DNA of 64,000 nt from Azolla caroliniana (Eukaryota; Plantae; Polypodiophyta): contig JBHGNT010000010.1 of NCBI GenBank assembly GCA_043228905.1, positions 16,864,001 through 16,928,000 of the forward strand, given 5' to 3'. The notes under the pieces were generated by a model. It had not been told where the DNA came from, did no database searches, and saw only the letters and a program-made list of their open reading frames with translations. Both the position numbers and the translations under genes were made by a program. The number at the start of each line of letters is the position of its first letter. Position 1 is the stretch's first letter. Positions 19,944-33,000 of this stretch are shown here, piece after piece.

Positions 19944-20469
19944 TCTTGGGGAACAGGTCCCTTCGGATAGGAAGAGCACGAGCCGGATTAATTGGAGTCG
20001 ATAGGTAACTTGGTCGAGGCCGAAAAATCGACTAATCGACAATGGATCTAAAATCGACTCGGCTAATAGCCGAATCGATCGAATCCGCTTCAGGCTATAT
20101 TTGTAAATAGTCACCAGTGTATATGAGTATGAATATAGTTAGGGCAAGTAGTTAAGTATTACGAAAAGTTGTTGTTGGTAGTTGCCTTTGTAACTAGAGT
20201 GTGTTGGGAGAGTGAGTGCGAGAGTTAGAAGTAACTATGTGGTAATCATCTACATACGACGAAGAGCTTGAGGTTGTTGCCTCATATTCTCTTAGTGTAT
20301 TCCTCTCGATATAGTGATTCTGCTTGGAGTCTGTGGGCTCCCATGGTTTTCCCATTTAAGGGTTTCCACGTAAACATCATGTGTCTCTGTGTTGTTGTAC
20401 TCATTTTTCTTGTTCTTTTCATTTCCACTTGTGAGTGATAATCGGTTGTGGCCGATCTTGTTCTCTTCA
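19944..20469 (+). repeat. 3' LTR of the copia element
   Basis: Starts TCTTGGG (TG mutated) after the PPT. Shares GGAAGAGCACGA and GGGTTTCCACGTAAA with the other LTR copies; ends CA followed by the TSD. Confidence 0.8.
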
Positions 20470-21420
20470 ATTGGGACCTTTGATTGCAATCTACCTAATA
20501 TTATTAAAACACAAAGAGACTACATCAAAGTTTGGTTGAAATGTTAAGCAATCTCCTAGGTGAATCAATTTATGAAGCTCATCCAACTTTAAGTTGTCAC
20601 TAGTATGTTTGGGCAAGATCTTTAATGCTTTGTGCATGACTCTAGTGTTTTGCTAACCTTATCTCTATTTTAAAGCCCAAATTCTCACTCTTTGCATGGG
20701 GAAAATGTGTCAATTTCAATGATGTAAACATAGTTTTAATTTATGAACAAAATATGTTCATCGAAGAATCATGATTTGTGAGCAAGAGTATCATAGTAAA
20801 CATAACATAAAACTTGTCACTCAAGGATCAAACCTATAGTTTTAATATTTCAAAGGACATCCTCTACCACTAAATTTTAGGATTTGAATAGGGTAACTAA
20901 ATTATTGAACCTATATGAATTTTTTTATATATGTATTTAAAATCTTTGATATAAAGTCACTATGTTTGCAACCAAATTGAAGTTATGTGACCTTTAGTAT
21001 CCATTGGTTGGTAATTGTTTTAATGGAAAAGTTGGTCCTCAAGATCAAGGTCCTATAATTTAATCCCTTTTGCCTAGCTATATTTGTCTTTAGTTTCCAG
21101 ATGTGTTGCACATTCTTTATTCTTCATAAGTGATTCTGTTTCTAGCAAACCTTTGTCCTTCAAGTTAGACGAAAAGTAATTCTTTGGTGTATTGCCAACA
21201 CTTTCAGAGCAATCAACAATTGAGCTACCATCACATGCTTTTGTTGTTGAACTCAAACATCAATATATTCCACAAGTAGCAACGTTCATTGCTCTTCATG
21301 CTTGAGTAATGTGTGTAGATCACATGTTCCAAACAACTTAAGTTTTTTTATTATCTAAGTGGGTAGAACAAATTGGGAGCCATTTTTAAGTGTGAATGTG
21401 TGTAGGCAATACCCATATAC

Positions 21421-22554
21421 TGTTGAGAATCGACTCGGTCACAACTGGTTGATACACGTTCGTATGCGGGTGCAAAGGTCGAGAATGATAGTGCATAGAC
21501 AAACAGAAAACAGAAGGTACAGAGACATAGAATGTTTAACGTGGAAAACCCGAAATGGGAAAAACCACGAGATCCCACAAACTCTGAACCAAATCACTAA
21601 CAGTAAGAGGAATACAATAAGAACCCGCAAGGCACCGACCTTGAGTTATACTTCGTCTAAACAGACGGCTATGGAGAAGTTACTCACTCTCACTCTCTTA
21701 CTCTCACTTAGATCCCTAACTATACACACAATAATGATCTATCTTCAACTTCCCTACTACTTACAATAACTATATTTATACTCCATATACAATGTGGGCT
21801 ATTTACAAACATAGTCATAATAGACATATCTAGGCTATTTACAAATTTACCCTGACTCGGCTTAAGCCAACTTGGCTATTAGCCAAATCGATTATTTGAT
21901 ATGTTGATTTTTTCGCTCAATCGATTTTCGGCCTCGGCCGAGTTGAGGTCGACTAATTCACCTTGTGGTCTTTGTTGTAAATCGACCGGTCACAACCGGT
22001 TTCACGTTTGTATTCAGGTGCAAAAAACAAGAGAGCTAGTACACAGACAAAAAAACGTGAAGGCAGAAAAACAAGTACAGAGAGACACAAGATTTACTGT
22101 GGAAACCCGAACTGGGAAAAACCACGCGGAGTCCACAAATTTCAAAATAGAATCACTATGATAATGAGAGGAGTACAACAGAAGCTAAGAGGCAACGACC
22201 TCGAGTTCTTCCTCGTCAACAGACGGTTGCAGAGACGCACTCACACTCTCTCTCCCCTTCTCTTTGTTACATAGGCAACGACCTGCACTAACTCTATTTC
22301 ACAATAATGATACATCATCTTACTAAGGTTTGCCCTAGTTATATATCTATTTGCACAACTTTATGGATATTTACATACATAGCCCTCATGGGGCACATTT
22401 CGACTATTCACAAATATAGTCTCCCGAGTTGGCTGTATCCACGATTTCGGTTTCGGCCTCGGCCGAGTCTCTCATCAACTTGGCTCTTCTCTTCCCATCT
22501 AGAGGGACCTGTTCCCAACACTCTTCCCATCCGGAAGGACTAAATTTCCCAACA
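21421..22554 (-). mobile_element. Solo LTR (outer) of the same copia family, interrupted by a second solo LTR
   Basis: TGTTG...CAACA termini and perfect TSD TATAC (21416-21420, 22555-22559). Family motif ACGTGGAAAACCC is in reverse orientation. Confidence 0.85.
21973..22520 (-). mobile_element. Solo LTR (inner, 548 bp) nested in the outer solo LTR
   Basis: TGTTG...CAACA termini, TSD GTCTT/CTCTT (4/5), and similarity to 5900-6464. Confidence 0.8.
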
Positions 22555-23809
22555 TATACAGAGCCCCTAAAAAACTTCCCCGTGAAATTTAAATACGAGT
22601 TTTCTCTCGAGTGACCCTAAATATGGTTTCCCACTCATCTTATAATCATACTCACATGATCCAATGTACAATAATGACCCCGTATTTATTAGACGACTTT
22701 TTTGCTTAATATAATGAGTCAAATGCATCCTTGCCAATCGTGGATCTAACGAATTATATTACAATAATAACATTCTTAAACACGACAACGTTGTAATGAA
22801 CCTTATAGTTCGGAGATATAGGTTCAACGCTACATCGATGATGAAAATTTACACCTTGCATAAACAAAATTGCAAGTTCCCTTTAATGGAGAGGCATTAT
22901 GTAAGGTGGGCCTCTAGTGTGTGCAATGCACTTCTTTTTTAAACATAGTTTAACTTTATTGCTTTGTCCTCGTTCTTCTCATAACATGTTCTTTGATCCA
23001 TTTATTATCATATCGTTGAAATGTTTTCTAGTATTTAAACTATTAAATAATATGAATCACATAACATATTTGTCCATTATATAAAAAATATCCAATTCTC
23101 GGGATGTACGAGCTTATCATTTATTCAAGAAAAAGAAATTAAAAAGTATTGAGAACAGGCAAACGAAAAACAAGATCATTCTTAAAAAGATCGCACATTT
23201 CAATGTAAGATTTTGTCATTTTGGATGTTCAAATATTCGCTTGAAAGTTGAGAGTTAAAAAGTTTGGTGCAATTCCTATGTACATTGACTTAACTAATGG
23301 AAGTAGTAAAAAAAAATTTGCAAAAAGTTTGGTGCATTATTTGATTCAAGCCTTTGATGTATATGGTATTTGCACTTATTTTCTATCATTGTGATGACAA
23401 GAGAAATACAATTAATATGGAAATATTCAACCTACAAGACATTGTGTACAATAAAGCGACAATGAAATACAATGATAGTAGGCGATATATGTACTTGCTT
23501 TGAGCAAGAAAAATGAAAGGAAATATTTTGAAAAAATGCACCAAAGAGTTGGATGCCAAATGATCGAGGTGAATTTGTTTTCCTACTTGAGAAAAACATC
23601 GAATGATTCAAAGCAATGCAAACTTCGAAGAAACACAATAATACATTTCCCTACCAAAATGCATCGCTTGCATGATAATTTTTCCACACAACAAGACATT
23701 GTTTTTACAAAGTTATGCCAAGAGTTCTAAGCAAAGACATCCACACAAAGTTATTACTTTTGTATAACACAATTATGGCATGTTAATGTATGTTTGAAAA
23801 GTTTAGGAC

Positions 23810-24070
23810 ACCATTACAAAATATAACTCAGGTGAGAAGTCATGTCTTTAAGAGGATTGGATGATACAAAGTAACTCATGTATCCTTGAAACGTTTCACA
23901 AGGTCATTCACAAAATATATTAGGTCACAAGACTGAAGTCATGTTACAAAAAGGATTGGAGCATACATTAAAAAATAATTGCATATGTTTGAGGAGTCCC
24001 ATGAGGATATTCACAAAATATAACCTATCTAGGTGCTACATTGCAAAGAGGATTGGATGATACATAAAAA
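23810..24070. repeat. Three degenerate ~100-bp tandem repeats
   Basis: ACAAAATATA...AGGATTGGA recurs near 23816, 23910 and 24013. Confidence 0.6.
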
Positions 24071-24621
24071 AACATCAATGAATTCTTGGAATTTCAACCT
24101 AACTATATTATTAGTATTCAATATAGACCAAGTGAGAGATGAAAGGATGTTGTTTTTTTCGCATAGACACATGAGTAAAGAAGAATCTTGCATAAAACAT
24201 ACTTGACCACTATGTTTTTTTGTATGATGATTACATTACCGCGTTTATGATTTTTATGTGATGGTAACAATTGTCGATGTTTGAACCTTGCACGCCTCCC
24301 TTGCAATGAGATCATGACCTACCATCAAGGGAGAAATCACATGGATACAAAAACACCCGTTAAGACTGACGGCCAACCATTTGTGTTAAAGATTATTAGA
24401 CAAATATAACACAATCGTCTACGCCGCAATAGAACCAACACATATTATTGTCATCGATGAACGCACATGATCACATGAACATCTACTTATGAGACACATA
24501 CACTTAAGGAGAAACTTGACCTTGCATCTCTCTTCGTAGTTAGCTAGAAGAGCCGGTTGATACCGATAAAAGATGGGCTAATGATGTCGATGAATTACGG
24601 CGCTTTATATTCGACTACTTA

Positions 24622-24652
<31 letters not shown>

Positions 24653-25048
24653 AAGAAGAAGGGTACTCTGCATAAAATTGAAAAGGGCAAAAGAATAAAT
24701 AAATAAGTAAATATATATGTAAATAAATTATAAACACTAACTAAATATGTAAACAAACAAACAAATAAATGGCTGAAAGAACTATTTAAAGAAATGTTTA
24801 AAAACAAAAAGAAAAAAAAAAGAAAAAAAAGAAAGAGTAGACAAATAACAGAGAAAAAGACAGAAAGAATAAAAAGATAAAAAAGTAATGTATCGTATAG
24901 AGAAAAGAGAGAAATATAGAAAAAATATATAAATATGTATATAAAAGAGAATTGGCAAAAAACAAAAACCGAAATGAAAAATATATAAAGCGAAGAAAAG
25001 GAAAAACACTACATATTACCTGCATACATATATTATCAGAAGGAGCGT

Positions 25049-25086
<38 letters not shown>

Positions 25087-25120
25087 GAAACAGACAGATA
25101 GCGAGCGAGCGAGCTTCTCC

Positions 25121-28100
25121 ATGAATCCTCACGAAGATGGAGATGAGGAGGAGGCGGAGGAAGAAGAACTCTCAGAAGAGCAGAAAGTGTCTCTGGCCAA
25201 GTGGTTTCTTCTCAACTCCCCCCCTGGAGAGATCCAATATGTTGCGAAAGGTAGTACATTTCCCCTTCCCTTCTTCCACACCGTGTTTCTTTCCCTTTTC
25301 AAGCTTTCCATATCATGTTTCCTTCTAGAGACTTCTTTCCCTTTTGCTTAATCCCTCCTCAATGAAAAATCTTCCATGTTCGAAACCAAAGCAGAAAACA
25401 ATGCATCTCGTAGATTGTTGATCTTTACTCACACTTCAATTCGAATATTTGTCGAAAGGTGCAAGATTCATGTAGAGAGAGGTAAAAAGGAACAAAATTT
25501 ATGTTGTGAAAGAATATGGATTGAAAATCAATGTTTTATGCATAGAACGATCGAAGAGCACAGACATTATGTAGATCAAGATAAAAAGTGCACATTTCTT
25601 TAATTTAGATAAGGATCAACAAACACAGGCACAACATTTATGTTGAGAATTATCCAAGAGAACGTGCTCTACATAGAAATGGTGGACAGCATGTGATCCA
25701 TGTAAAGAATGATCCAAGAGCACATGAACTAAGTAATGATGAACCAAAGAGCACAGGATTTATGTCGAGATAGATAAAAGAGAACATAATTAATGTAGTA
25801 AAATATTAAAACCACATGGTTTGTGTTGAGAAGGATCAGAAAAGCACACATTTTACTTAGAGAAGGATCAAAATAGAGAGGGATAGGAGAGCAGTCTTTT
25901 ATGTAGAGAAGGATCACAGAGTGCAAGCATTATGTAGACATATTCGAAAATCAGATAATCTATGTGGAAAAGTATCAAAGAATACATGATTATGTTGAGC
26001 AGGATCAAAGAGCACAAGATGTATGTAGAGCTGGATCGAGGAGCACAGGATGTATGTAGAGCAGGATTGAAGACCACATTCTTATGTTTGAGTACGATAA
26101 ATGAGCAAAAAGGATGTATTTTAAGCAGGATCAAAGACCACACACTTTTATGTGGGTAAGGAGAGAACGGATAGTTGTACATAGATAAGTATCAGAGAGT
26201 ACAAGATGTATGTTGAGCAGGATCAGGGAGCACACGATGTATGTAGAGAAGGATCAATGAGCACATTTCGAATCATTTTTAGATTGAAATGGATCAACAA
26301 CTATGAGATAAAATGATCAAAGACCACCTATGTATGTACGAAAGATCAAATAGCACATGTTTTATGTAGAGAAGGATCAAATAGCACAGGATTTATGTAG
26401 CCTCACATATTTAGAGAAGTTTCCAAGAGCATTTGCTCTTGGATTTCTGGTATGAGAAAGATCAAAGAGATTTCTCATTGCATTGGCAAATTACAAGACT
26501 TAAAATGTGACCAGAGTTCTTGAATGTTGAAAAGGATTCAAGATCAGATGGGAAAGTTAGTGTTTGTAACATGTTTCTATTGTTGTCCAGATTTGCAAGG
26601 AGTGCTTTGCAATGAAGTAATTTTCCAAGCAGCTGCAAAAGATGCCTTTCCTCAGTACAACAAAGATCAAATGCTGGCAATTGAATTATCTGATGGGAGT
26701 GGCCATGTATGTTATCTCAGCATCTCTATTATTCATATCATAGAAAGGGGAAAACATTGGATTACGTGGAGTTTCTCTTTATTTTTCCAAATGCTCTCAT
26801 TATTTCCTCAATACATCTGGTCAGCCAGCAAAAGATAGAAAAAGTGATTGATAGACCATATGTTCGCTCAAATAGCATATATAATTGAGAAAGGGCATGA
26901 ATTGACAATGTAAGTGCTCAAACTGGACATATAATTGTTCTTTTGATGGTTGACCAAAGGCATTTGGGGAAATGAAGAGAAGCTCAAGAGATTGTCTGCA
27001 TAAAATATATTCCTCTTTTGGTTGGTCATGATAACCTTGTGGTTGTGGTAAGCAACATGCTGCATAGGATTCATGGACTTCTGAGGTTGGAATTTCTGAT
27101 TTGCAGGTAGATTTGGCTGGTACAGGTTCTTTTGTCCGAGTATGGAGAAATTGATATTAATCATTTCATTGACTTGCGGACAGCCCAGGTTGCCACTATA
27201 GATCACATAAAACAGGCAAGTCTTTATTCTTTATGGTGATCACTTTCTGTAGTAAATGTCTGACTGTATTAGATGAACATCAGAAATGTCTATATGTGCG
27301 CTTGCTGTTTTTGTTTTAGACTTCCCTAATCAGTTCAATATGTGCATGAGGTGTTATAATTCAATGATTTTAGACTTTCCTGATCAGTTCAAGATTTGGA
27401 TGTGGTGTTCTGTGGCATTAAGGTGTTCTATTGAATGGTAATGATTATAAACGGACATTTTGGTTTCAGGTTTGTACAGGGGTAAGGCCTGCAGCAGATA
27501 ATGAATTGCCCTCTGCATTTGTTGAGGAATATCGGTAAGATGATATATGAATCTTATGCTATCTGAAAAAAGATTATGAAATGATGCATTTATATTTTTT
27601 ATAAGTCTACCCACACATTGTCATTTTCCCTTTCCTTTCTTGGTTTCCAGATCTGTTGTTGATACGGAAGTTCTGCACTATACAGAGGAAGCATTTCCGA
27701 AGGGACACTGTGCAGTTTACGCAACCAGTGGAAAGGACTCTGAGAATATGGATACATTTGAACTTACAGTGATAATCTCTTCAGCCAAATTGAGCCCCAA
27801 AAACTACTGGTGATTACTATTTGCTGTTATATTAGTGCAGTTACTGAATCGTGCTGAATCTGTATTTTTTATCAATTTTTTGCATATAAGTAATGGAAGA
27901 TGGCGTTCAATTTGGAGACTTACATTTACTGGAGATTTGCAGACAATAGAGTTGAAAGGCTTCATAAAGGTAGACATGCTTTGGGTTGTTATGATTTTTA
28001 CCTGTTTCAGTGAATCATACTATGTTTGGAGGGTATAAGAAGTTTTACTCTACTTGAAATATTCCTTAAACTTGGAAATTGAAAAAAATATAGAATAATC

Positions 28101-30037
28101 TAGGATTCAACTACACAGAGAAATTAACGTTCAAACAAGCATTTATTTAGAAATGTTTGTCTTTTCATGGGGAACATGTGCTGACTTACTGCGATAGCTC
28201 CTAAAGAGTTTAAAGCACAATATTTGCTTATTGCTGTAATATAAGGTGATTACATCAGTGCAGACTGATAAAAGATAAGCCTTGAGATTAATTTGTCTCC
28301 CAATTGTAAGGATTTACATTTACAAGAATTTGTATCAATCTTGACCCTGGATTTTGTAGTGTCAAGCATGTTTCCTACTTTGGATTGTTGGCATCTGATT
28401 TATCTGCCAAAATGACAATTTATTTAGAAGTTTCCAGATCTTTTGACAAACTTGCTTGTTTGTGCCTAAGTGAAGACTTGCAGAATCTGTTCCAGGTGCT
28501 TATAATTAGGGATTTCCAAGAGATTTGTTGTCCTTTTACATTAAGAAAAGACCTTGAGCAATATGCATAGACATCATTTAAATACTAAAGAGGGAATAAA
28601 AGGCAAAAGGCATTTTGGGTGCAAAAAAAAGCAAAACCATTTTGGTTGCCTTATGCTCTGAATTCAGAAGCATATATTCATGGTTTTTGTATATATTTCT
28701 ACTCTTCAACTTGCATTCTGCACAGTGGAGTTGTCTCATGTACATATTCACCAGACAATAGTCTTAACATGCTCAAAGTAATTATTTAGCATTCTGCTGT
28801 GCTTCCATCAACCTTCCACAACAATTTTAGAATAAAACAGTTCCTTTCCCCTGTCTGGACCCAGATTCTTCCATGAAAACTATTTCAGACAGATAATTTC
28901 AGTGATTTAAAATGTAACAATATATTTATTTAAAAGCTACTAGTACTAGCTGCTCCAATAAAGAATGACCACAGGGGAGATATTCCTAGTTTGGAAGTTT
29001 TTTCAACACTTTGTAAACTTATTGTTTTTACATCGGATTATATCACTTGCAAATTTTTAAGGTTTCAGCACATTATTTTGCGTAAGGAAATCTCCAACTG
29101 ACTGCCATGCTTCAGTAAAGCATTATTCATCATTTTGTTAAGTTGTTTCGACATTGGATAATTTTGCTTGTCATTTTGAAGGTTTCAGCACATTATTTTG
29201 AGGAGGGAAATGTCCAACTAGAAACAAGTTATGAATGCACGGATTCTACAATCCTTCAGGTGTTATTTTTGTGCTTACATGAGATTGCCATTTCATTATT
29301 TTTTAGAATAAGAGAATATACCATTGAGAGTACAATTATTTTCTTACCATAACACCATGACTTCGATTTGTCTCTGTCAATTGTGGTCTTTATTTCTATT
29401 TCAGATTGTGAATTATTCTGAACTTCTAATATATTTGCTGAAACAGAGTCCACCAGAGGCAGCACAAAGCATTGCAAGCATTATTCAACATCATGAATCT
29501 GAGTACTTGGCATGCTTAGATGTAAGTGACAGTTATTGGTTTATTTCTGCTGCATACATATGTAAAATGGCTTGAATTGTTGAAGTGTAACTTTGCTATT
29601 TTCCTTTTCAGGATTCCTACTCAAAGCTCTCTGACAATACGTTTAAGGTATGTGAATGCCAAAATTCTTCAAAGTTGTCATTATTGATATGACGGTATTT
29701 TGGAAGCAGTAACAAATTACCTGAATAATGCAAGCCTATAATTAACATTCGTAATAATCTAATTATTCAATGGTATTAGATTGAATTTAAAAGTAGGGTA
29801 TTTTGGTCATTCAAGAAAAAACTTAGGGTGGTTCTCCTAATTGAAAACAATGTAAGGGTATTTCTTAAAGGATGTTTTGAGGTTTTTCCGAAAAATATGA
29901 TATTTAGGTATGAATGAACCTCTGAAATGCAGGAACTTCGTAGGAAGCTTCCGGTTACAAGAACACTTTTTCCATGGGCAACTGCACATCAGCTCAGCAT
30001 GACACGAGAATTGTCACGTGAACTGGCAAAAAAATAA
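25121..30037 (+). CDS. CPA: F-actin capping protein alpha subunit; exons 25121-25250, 26591-26706, 27126-27215, 27470-27534, 27651-27809, 27891-27969, 29182-29259, 29447-29521, 29612-29647, 29933-30037
   Basis: Hallmark peptides FLLNSPPGEI, NYCNGRWRSIW, HYFEEGNVQL and TFKELRRKLPVTR. Exon phases join consistently. Confidence 0.95.
25465..26400 (+). repeat. Degenerate ~35-bp minisatellite array in CPA intron 1
   Basis: A unit resembling TTTATGTAGAGAAGGATCAAAGAGCACA recurs across ~0.9 kb. Confidence 0.75.
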
Positions 30038-33000
30038 AAAGATGAAAGGAAATTTGAGGTGCATCTTGACTCTGCGTATTTTTGAGTGTGCTTAGCATAT
30101 TTTGTTTGCATAGGTATAGATCCAGACCTCTATATATATCTTAGGGATGGCCTATTTGAGCTATTTCATATGTATTTTGGGGCTGACATGTTCTGTAGTT
30201 TTCCAAATGTGTGCCTATTTTCCTTCTGTTGTGAAGGGGATTTATGCCGTGGCATTTGATCCACCCATTTATCGAAATCATTTCATATGTATTCTTCAGG
30301 TTGGTTTGTTTTGCCTAAATATGTGTTTATTTCTTTTTGTTATGAAAATGCTTTATTTCTTGACCATTTGATTCCATCCAAACCTTGACCAAGAGGTATA
30401 CATTTGCACTCACTAATTCATTAGGTTTGGAGAGCTATATTATCGTGATAGAACTTTCAATATGCATATATTTCAGCTGCAAATGCTTGGTTTCCTGTAT
30501 GTGATACCATATCAAAGATACACAAATAAAGTTTGCAAACACCAAATAATAATAAATGTTATATACATTCAAATGCAAGTCAATTAGCCAGATAATTTTG
30601 TGAAGTTACAAATTTAGAAGTTTGAATTACACGGGTCCTTTGGTATTTTTAGTTTGAGTTCGGAGCAGATAATCTTTTGAATGGTTTGGTATCTACCTTT
30701 GACGTTGTGCATTTCACTATTTGTGCTTGCGTAAAGCTTAAACCTTGTAAATTGCTCTTGACGTCTTGCATTTTATAGCATTGTCAAACTTTTTATTAAG
30801 TTAAATGGTATACCTACATTAACCAGATAATATAAGAATAACGTGCAACCACTTGACTGTTTCTGTATTTAGACATGATACTACCATTGGTAATTGGGAT
30901 ATCTTGTGTTATCTTCAAATATTTTCACTTAGTAGGATTGGGATGGTTCAATTGTAAATATATCATAAATTTTTGGAGCATTGCATATTTGTTCTTGTTG
31001 CAGGAGTGTAAAGAATTGTGGGTTAGAATCTAGAAATGAGAAAGAGAGGAAGGCCCAACTGTTGGAAATTGTGTAAAAATGGGATCAAGGTTTTATATTG
31101 AACCCTCATGCTATATGTTCAAATTATTCTTGTACAGTAAGTGCGTTTGTTGAGATTGGTAATGAACACTCAATCCTCATGAGTCATGAGGAATCAACAA
31201 TACAATCCAACTAAATAACCAAGAAATAAAGGGTTTATGTGTATGTGTAGCTTGTCAATTAACTTGCTAGGCAGCAAGAAGATTAGAGGTGAGGGAATAA
31301 TGATGGTAATGATTTTGCGAAAGCTAAAAGAACAATAGCAACAAGGGAATGGGCCATGCCACAAAAATATCAATAAACATATTTAATTGAATGATCTCTA
31401 GTGTTTATTGGAAATAGGAAATGAAAAAAAGGCCACAAACAAGTGAAAGCAGAAATACTTGGAAAGAATACACAAAAGGCATAATCAAGCAAAGGAACTT
31501 AACGAGAGTGATTAACGTTTGGTATTGAACAAGAAGACTAGATCATTGTTTGAAGGCTCCCTTTTTAGCTTGTTTCCTACCTAAAGCAAGGGGGATAATT
31601 ATGTTAGTATTCCAGAATTCTCTCAATGGAACTACCTCGTTCATGCTTAATGGATATGCAATATGTAGGCAAAAGAGTGTTCTCAAACATTGTCAATGGC
31701 AACACCTCACCTCCTTAATGTATGTAGAATAGTAGCTAGGCAAGATGAGCGATGAATCATGAATTATGATATCTGTACGACACTTATCCACCCCCTACCA
31801 TAACAATGCAAAGATGAAGTACTAAGACCATACTCAAAAACCTATAAGAAGTGTTTTTGTGATCAAGGATATTGCATGATTTCTACATGGATTTTTGCTA
31901 AAAATATGCATTTATTGTTTAAGTTCTTCCACATCTTCTACAACCAACGATTTTGCGCCATGCCAATATGTTATTTCATTCCTTCAAACTCCCTAGTCAT
32001 CTAAGTGGAACAATTCACCATTTTTTCTATGACGAATGATATTGTGTGGCAATAACATGAACTTCCCCCCATAAAATGATTCGACTGGACAAGCACCGCG
32101 TTTTTTGTAAGTGTGCCAATATTGTTTGTTGCATTTCAGCATTCTTAGAATGCCATTCAAGCACACAACATAAATTTTTTTGATTGACCTCATTCACAAA
32201 ATTTATGGGTTTGGGCACCGAGTCGAGTTAATTCTAATGGGGAACAAGGCCAACCACATTTTTTAATATTCCCAATGGTTTTGAGCCACATTAGTAGTCT
32301 ACATGGGCTTTATGTGGTAGTATCACCGACAACTATAAATTCAATCAGTCGAATCATCTTGGCCGTCCATGGAATTGGATCGAATCATCTTGGCCGTCCA
32401 TGCAATTTGATTGAATCATCCTCGCCGTCCATGTATTGTATGCGTGATCAAACCATCATCCGAGCCCTATCCACACAATGTGATCGAATCATCGGAGCCG
32501 CCCATAACAGCCCTAAAAAGCCCAATTAATATTTGCTTTTCCGAGTTTTGAAGCCTTAATCCAGTCCCTTAATGCTAATTTGCTTTTTTTCTCTGAGCTT
32601 TAAGCTTCTGAAACCCTGTTTCTTCTTTTATGTCTTGCTTTTTCTGAGTCCTTTCCTCTTCTTCTTCTTCTTCTTCTTCTTCTTCCTTCGAGGTCGGGAC
32701 GTTCTACGCATAGTCTCCTTCTCTCATTCTACATTACGTGCCCTGCGCCTAATTGTAAGGTACTCTCTAAACCTTATCATTTTTTGTGATCTGCTTTTGG
32801 TAAGAAATTTGAGCTGCTTTCGGCAGTATTTTGACGAGCACTATGGTTTTAATTCTGTGTCTGAATTCATTTGAGTATCATAATAGATTAAAGATTTAGA
32901 CACTTTGTTTTGAGCTAAATATTAGATTAGATTTCATGCAAGTGTTTGAACGACGTAAATACGTTTGATTTCTGTAAAATTTTTGAAATGCAATTGCTTG

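Larger units (their letters stand above)
5900..20469 (+). mobile_element. Decayed Ty1/copia LTR retrotransposon (Tnt1/Tork-like) hosting two nested insertions
   Basis: Starts TGTTGGG (5900) and ends CA (20469), flanked by a perfect ATTGG duplication (5895-5899, 20470-20474). Internal order is gag (SSLLNEE, decayed CCHC), protease (WVIDSG), integrase (FIDDYSRK, DNGGEY), RT (EMDSLHEN, LLYVDDML), RNase H (RSTSGY, RTKHI), with many stops and frameshifts. Confidence 0.9.

Noticed and set aside
25465-26400. CRISPR-like array
   Set aside because: It is in a eukaryotic intron, the units are degenerate and contiguous with no unique spacers, and there are no cas genes.
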